Source: Amphiscolops sp. MND2022 (taxonomy: Eukaryota). Taken from it: DNA of 64,000 bases. Below are positions 58,899 to 64,000 of this stretch, piece after piece (the stretch's first letter is position 1; each line of letters starts with the position of its first letter). Under the pieces are notes generated by a model. The model searched no databases and was not told where the DNA came from. It saw only the letters and a list, made by a program, of their open reading frames with translations. The position numbers and the translations under genes were made by a program. The stretch is taken from NCBI GenBank assembly GCA_964187785.1, contig OZ076409.1, positions 79,858,001 through 79,922,000 of the forward strand, given 5' to 3'.

Positions 58899-61571
58899 AT
58901 GGACGTGAAAAATGGTGACGTCATTATTGCACCCGGATCTTTAGAGAATGAAGTATTGGACCCCTCTTTGGTTTTGGAGGAGCCAATCGGATGGAAAGCC
59001 AAGATGCAACTCACACTCGTATACTTTCAAATCGTGAGTAAACACAGTAGCTGAGATGCAGTGGCTCCAGATAAAATCAACCTTGCCGTGCCAAATTAGG
59101 GTTGCACTTTTTTATTTTCGTTTTATTCTAAGATAATGAAAGATTTCAAACTTAGGGGATTCTAGTTTCTTCCTTTTCCAACAGTTTCTGCCTGAAACTA
59201 CTAGATTTCTAGAATGATTTCTAGACTACTTTCCATTTGGTCTAGTTGTTACGCAGCATTGCGTCAAACGTCTTCTCAGCACTCAAATCCCGAAAGACCT
59301 CCATTTGTTATTCTGCAAAATTCCCTGGTTGAGAAGAAATGTTTTCTTTACAAGGATCTTGGAGGTATTTTTCAAAATCTTCAAGATAAGGCATTTTCCT
59401 TGAGTTCCTTGAAAGAATTCGGCAAGATCCTTGCTCAAACTGTGTTCCTTGAAAGATCTTACAAGAATTATGGGGAGAATTATGGGGAAAGATCTTTCAA
59501 GGGATGTATTAATTGCAAGGATCTTACAAGATTCCTCGCGAGGATTGCATTTTTTCTTAACCAGGGTTGTGACGATAGATATATAATTTGAATCTAATTT
59601 TGCTGAGATTACAGTTCAACTAGTATGAGACTGCTTAACCATCATAATACATCTATTTCTCTCTGTATGAAAAAGTATCATATGATCATATGCCAAGACA
59701 CTGAAACAAAAGATTGATTGAGATATAAGGTATCTAACTTGTACGAGATACGTATTCAAAGGGTTAGCTTCGAAGTTGGTTAAATTTGAGTCTCCAAAAC
59801 AACGGTTTCCAATAGGGCACTATCTGCTAGATACTTCGTGACAGCCTTGCTGCAGTTTTATGCGTTGTTTTGCGTCTGTCGAGATGCATGGCTATGGAAT
59901 GTACTAGTGCTTGTTTATCTTGCTTGTTTTTGTTGGCACAACCAAGCAAAGATTTGATCAGATTATTACAGGTTGTCATACCTTACTGTTATTTTTCTCA
60001 ATCATGATCGAGGAAAGATTTTAATACCTTTCATTCTACTTCAGTTCAAATATGCCAAATGTTGGGACTTCTTATTCCTGGCAGTTGGGCTGCTAGCTGC
60101 AATCATCAATGGTGCTGCGATGCCTGGTATGGTCGTACTGTTCGGGGACCTCATTCAGGAAATGATTGTTCCCTACTCTCCCGGGACTGGAGAGAGCAAC
60201 GATCTTGTGAATGTTACTCAGGGCGTGTCGGGTTAGCTAAACCTCGCACAATTTTGGAGAAAATAAACGCCAACGACCGTTTTTATTCATGTTTTGAATA
60301 GTTTCAAATTCATTGCAAATTTATCAATCACACCTGTGATCAGGGCTAGTGGTTATGAAAAAAAAAACGAAAGAACACCAAACACATGTTCCCGAGCTCA
60401 AGAATTCATTTTTTAAAGTTTGCTCCTGGTGTAATTACCGTTTTTATTCTAATTTCAATCATTATTTCTGTTTAGATATAAGTATGGATGGTATGTTCTT
60501 GGCCATGGAAAATCAGATTGCGGATATTTGTGCGCAGATATCTATTCTGGGAGGAGTTGTCTTTTTCTTCTCTTATTTCCAAGTTAGTAGTTTGTTTTCC
60601 GAGGATGGTTCAATCAAACCATAGCTTTCTGTTCAATACTTCAAGCGTTGTCAGTTCTGGACAGGCAATTCTGGTGTCCTTAATTCTGCAGATCTCTTCT
60701 GACCTCTAAAACTCTACTAGTGAGCTTTAGTTTATGAAATTTAGCTTTCCAGTACTCGGAGAACGAACAAAAATACCAACTCATATTTTTTCTCGAAACT
60801 TGCCAACCCGTATCGTAACTCAGAGGCATTCCATCCACAAACTCCGAGAACGGATGGCCATCGATGGAATGCCTCTGAATTTCGGCACGGGTTGGCAAGT
60901 TTCGAGAAAAAATATCTGGAAAAACTGTATGAATTTGGAAAAATTCAGCAACCATTCAATTGACAAGTTGTGAAATCCCACTTTGCAGTTTATTGCGGGT
61001 AGTGGTGTTGTTTTCGTTGCCGGATATCAACTTCAATTTAATAACGCACTAATCATTTTAAACTGTTCCATGTTTTTAAGTGTTTTGTAAATTGTTAATC
61101 GAAATCAGAAAGTTAGTAATACAGAAAACGAAAGCACCGAAAAATTGTGAGATTGGGTTTGTCTTCAAAAGCTCTGGTTAAGGATGGTCTGCAAAAACAT
61201 GCAAAGTGGAAATTTATTTTCAAGTATCATCTTTATAAATGAAATAACTTTTTATTGTTTCGTTGAAAGAACTTCTAAGCTTCAAATTTTCAGCAAAAAC
61301 TTGCCGTGACTAGCAATGTTTTTTTTTCGGGTAAGCCACAAGAAAGCTCCATTGGTTGGAATTTTACTTTAATTCATTTCACCGCGAAAAGTTATAAACT
61401 TTTGTTTTAAGTGTTCTGCTAACCATTTTTTGTATAGATAGCTTTTGTGACCCTGGCGGGGGAGAACATATTGTACCGAATCCGCAAGAGGAGCTTCAAA
61501 GCAGTATTGCGACAAGACATTGGCTGGTTCGATTACCAACAAACAGGCAAACTGGTCACACGCCTCGCTGA
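58899..61571 (+). CDS. ABCB/MDR (P-glycoprotein-like) transporter, 5' exons 58899-59033, 60045-60231, 60476-60582, 61438-61571; remainder not identified in the window
   Basis: VYFQI/FKYA..WDFLFLAVGLLAAIINGAAMPGMVVLFGDL; GENILYRIRKRSFKAVLRQDIGWFD..TGKLVTRL; GT-AG junctions in compatible phases. Confidence 0.85.
59323..59566. mobile_element. MITE with ccctgg...ccaggg TIRs and internal aagatct repeats
   Basis: ccctggttgagaagaaatg / rc ccctggttaagaaaaaatg; tt on both flanks. Confidence 0.75.
60783..60915. repeat. Palindromic/fold-back mini element in ABCB intron
   Basis: atattttttctcgaaacttgccaacccgt..cagaggcattccatc pairs with gatggaatgcctctg..acgggttggcaagtttcgagaaaaaatat. Confidence 0.85.
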
Positions 61572-61599
61572 GTGAGTTTTCAGACAATTCTAATATAAA

Positions 61600-62345
61600 T
61601 AGATGAAATCATTTTCACATAGTATATAGGATCCGTGACCGTTTCGCGCAAAAAGGTCTTCTCTTTTTATTACGCTTATGCTTACTCAGTTATTAGGTAT
61701 GGTCTCATCAACTATGGATCTACCTATAAAACGAACCTTAAGCCTATCGATAAAGCTCAGCGAAGAATTTTCGGGGCTATTTCTACCGACGACAATGGGA
61801 CACTCTACAAGACGTTTACATGAAACATAAATTTTTCAATGTCTACAAAATGTTCATCGTCGAAGTAGTGAAAGAGGTTTTCAAACAATTACGACTCGAG
61901 TCACCCAGGGTATACCTTGATACAAGTTTAGCCGGGCATGACTACAACACTAGAAGAAAACAAAAAGGTCTGCTACCTTCTACATATAACAGACTGGTCC
62001 TAAAACAGCGAAGTTTAACAAATGTACTCAGGAAAGCCTATAATTGGCTAGATTTACTCAATTTAATTCCTCCGGAACTGAGGAACTTTACTGCGGAACA
62101 AGTCAATAAAATTGTAAGAAACATAAATGAAGTTTACGTAATCGATAACCAGAAACTATTCTTTTTCTAATTCCACAAAACCTAAAAACTTATTGAGAAA
62201 TAAGAAACGACGGTTGTTGTTCACAGCAAATTGATTCTCATGGGCAAAAGCTCGACGAGCTGAAATGCTCTTCTTTTGTCCTTTTCTAAAAGATAACTAT
62301 AACGTTTAGTTTATAGTGTAACTTTTAGAATAAGTAAACTATTCT
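61600..62345 (+). mobile_element. 5'-truncated LINE (CR1/L2-group) 3' fragment
   Basis: FYYAYAYSVIRYGLINYG..IDKAQRRIF..HDYNTRR post-RT motifs. Confidence 0.75.
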
Positions 62346-63034
62346 ATTCTACATTATATGGAATTTTTGTATTTCCGTAATATAATTTTGAGCGCTTTAG
62401 GTAGTCTGGAAGATCGCTCCTCGAGATGCAGTAAGGTACCAGAATTTACGCACACCTAGTGATTTTTTAACTTCTTATTTTTAGCAACTTTTTTTCTCAT
62501 GTGTTTCGCATTTCATCCAAAATTTGCGCTTTGCTGTATTATTGCGTTCAATTCACCGTTTACGAGGTTAACAACTTGTTGCTATGTTTACTATTATGGT
62601 TGCAAATTTTAAGCAAAAGATATTCGAAACGTTCAATATTTTCCAAAGCCAAAAACATTGAGAAACATATAAAACACAGGCGCAAAGGAGCTTTGTGCAA
62701 GGCTCGCGTCCAGTATAGGCCCACATTGGCATGCACGCAGAAATTATGAAACAGATACAGCTGACGGCGGCTAGATTTTCGCATCAATTTTAGCTCAGGA
62801 AACTTTTGGTAGAATTTTTGCGAAATTTTTGAAATTAACGGCGAACGGATTTTTTTTCGAAACACGTTTTGTGTATCGTTAAAAAGAACATTCAATTACG
62901 GTAAATTTAACAGCAACAGGGATGGTCTTGGGTGAAAAGGTTTTTAGGAGAAAGGCTTTAAAGTTTACAAATGCACAAGGTATGTCACGCGAAAAAATGC
63001 GAGTTTTTTAAAATTTCATCTAGTTTATATTAGT

Positions 63035-63862
63035 GTTTTTAGTCGGCGCTTTTCGAAGAAAAACGCAGACTATAGTAGTGACTTCTTTTTTTAGTCGGCG
63101 CTTTTCCAAGAAAAACGCAGACTATAGTAGTGACTTTTTTTTAAGACCAACGAACTGACAGATTTTATAAATTTTATAAGTAAGCACTAACACTGCTGTC
63201 TGGCACTAACACTAAACCACACTGGCATAGAGGTTACGGCTTTTAGAGGTCTGCCAAGCAGAAGGACATGGGTTCGAGTCCCGCCCTTGACCAAATTTTT
63301 TTTGTGTAGATTTTTTTCGGCTTCGTGAGACTTTTTTTCGCAATTTTTTTACTGTCTCCGAAGCGTCCACCCTTCATTTTTTTCCTATGTTGCAAAAGAA
63401 TGGATGTTGAAAAACAGCCAAAGGGCCCCTTTCACATTTTTCGGTACAATGCGACTTACCAGAAACTTCAAAAAAATTCAAAAAGTTTTCGGAAATTTTT
63501 TTTGGGTACTGTAGAGGAGAGTACTTGACACTTTGAAGTCCTTTTGCTATTTTTGAGCCTTAGATATGGCGCCGACTTGGGCCGTTCCCGGCTTGTTTTT
63601 TTTAAGACCAACGAACTGACAGATTTTATAAATTTTATAAGTTGGCACTAACACTAAACCGGCACTAACACTAAACCGTGTCACACTACTTCACTGCCAC
63701 TTGGCCACTACGGCTTTTTCGAGGTCTGACAAGCAGAAGGACATGGGTTCGAGTCCCGCCATGACCAAAAATTTTTTGTGCAAATTTTTTTTCGGCTTTG
63801 GGAGACTTTTTTCTCAAATATCTCCAAATGGTCCATCCTTCATTTTTTTTCTATTTTGCAAT
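63035..63862 (+). mobile_element. Tandem Helentron-like repeats carrying a tRNA-like cassette
   Basis: ttttagtcggcg start, cgccgacttgggccgttcccggcttgtt end (~63600), partial second copy; A-box-like tggcatagagg at ~63223 and B box ggttcgagtccc at ~63271 and ~63746. Confidence 0.6.
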
Positions 63863-63886
63863 AGACATTTGACTACAATCATTTTT

Positions 63887-63997
63887 GACTACAACACTAG
63901 AAGAAAACAAAAAGGTCTGCTACCTTCTACATATAACAGACTGGTCCTAAAACAGCGAAGTTTAACAAATGTACTCAGGAAAGCCTATAATTGGCTA
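63887..63997 (+). repeat. Duplicate of LINE fragment ~61939-62050
   Basis: tgactacaacactagaagaaaacaaaaaggtctg...tataattggcta identical. Confidence 0.85.
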
Positions 63998-64000
63998 AGT

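Noticed and set aside
62401..62760. Further ABCB exons
   Set aside because: The acceptor at 62400 gives an immediate stop in the required phase and no transporter motifs are seen

Overview
Repeat-rich animal (invertebrate-like) genomic DNA. It opens with a GATC-rich 38-bp satellite showing ~1.83-kb higher-order repeats and ending in a fold-back (1-6531). Next come a MITE, a tRNA-like sequence and a degenerate CR1/L2-group LINE (~7.7-11.7 kb). A small TIR element (11672-46206, 8-bp TSD) has then been inflated to 34.5 kb by nested insertions: a MITE and a giant Ty3/Gypsy retrotransposon (~18.5 kb once its own inserts are removed). The Gypsy contains a near-complete BEL/Pao element and, in its 3' LTR, a non-autonomous BEL relative that carries a further MITE. 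The most notable feature is the Gypsy cargo downstream of integrase: two tandem TARG1/OARD1-like macrodomain-like units, possibly fused to the integrase C-terminus, and a >1100-aa ORF with an SGNH-hydrolase-like core. Host genes follow: intronless KRI1, three-exon DDX47/RRP3 starting only 193 bp later (possible operon-like pair), and the 5' exons of an ABCB/MDR transporter. Tigger, Helentron-like and LINE fragments lie in introns and intergenic DNA. All domain calls are by-eye motif recognition, not database searches.
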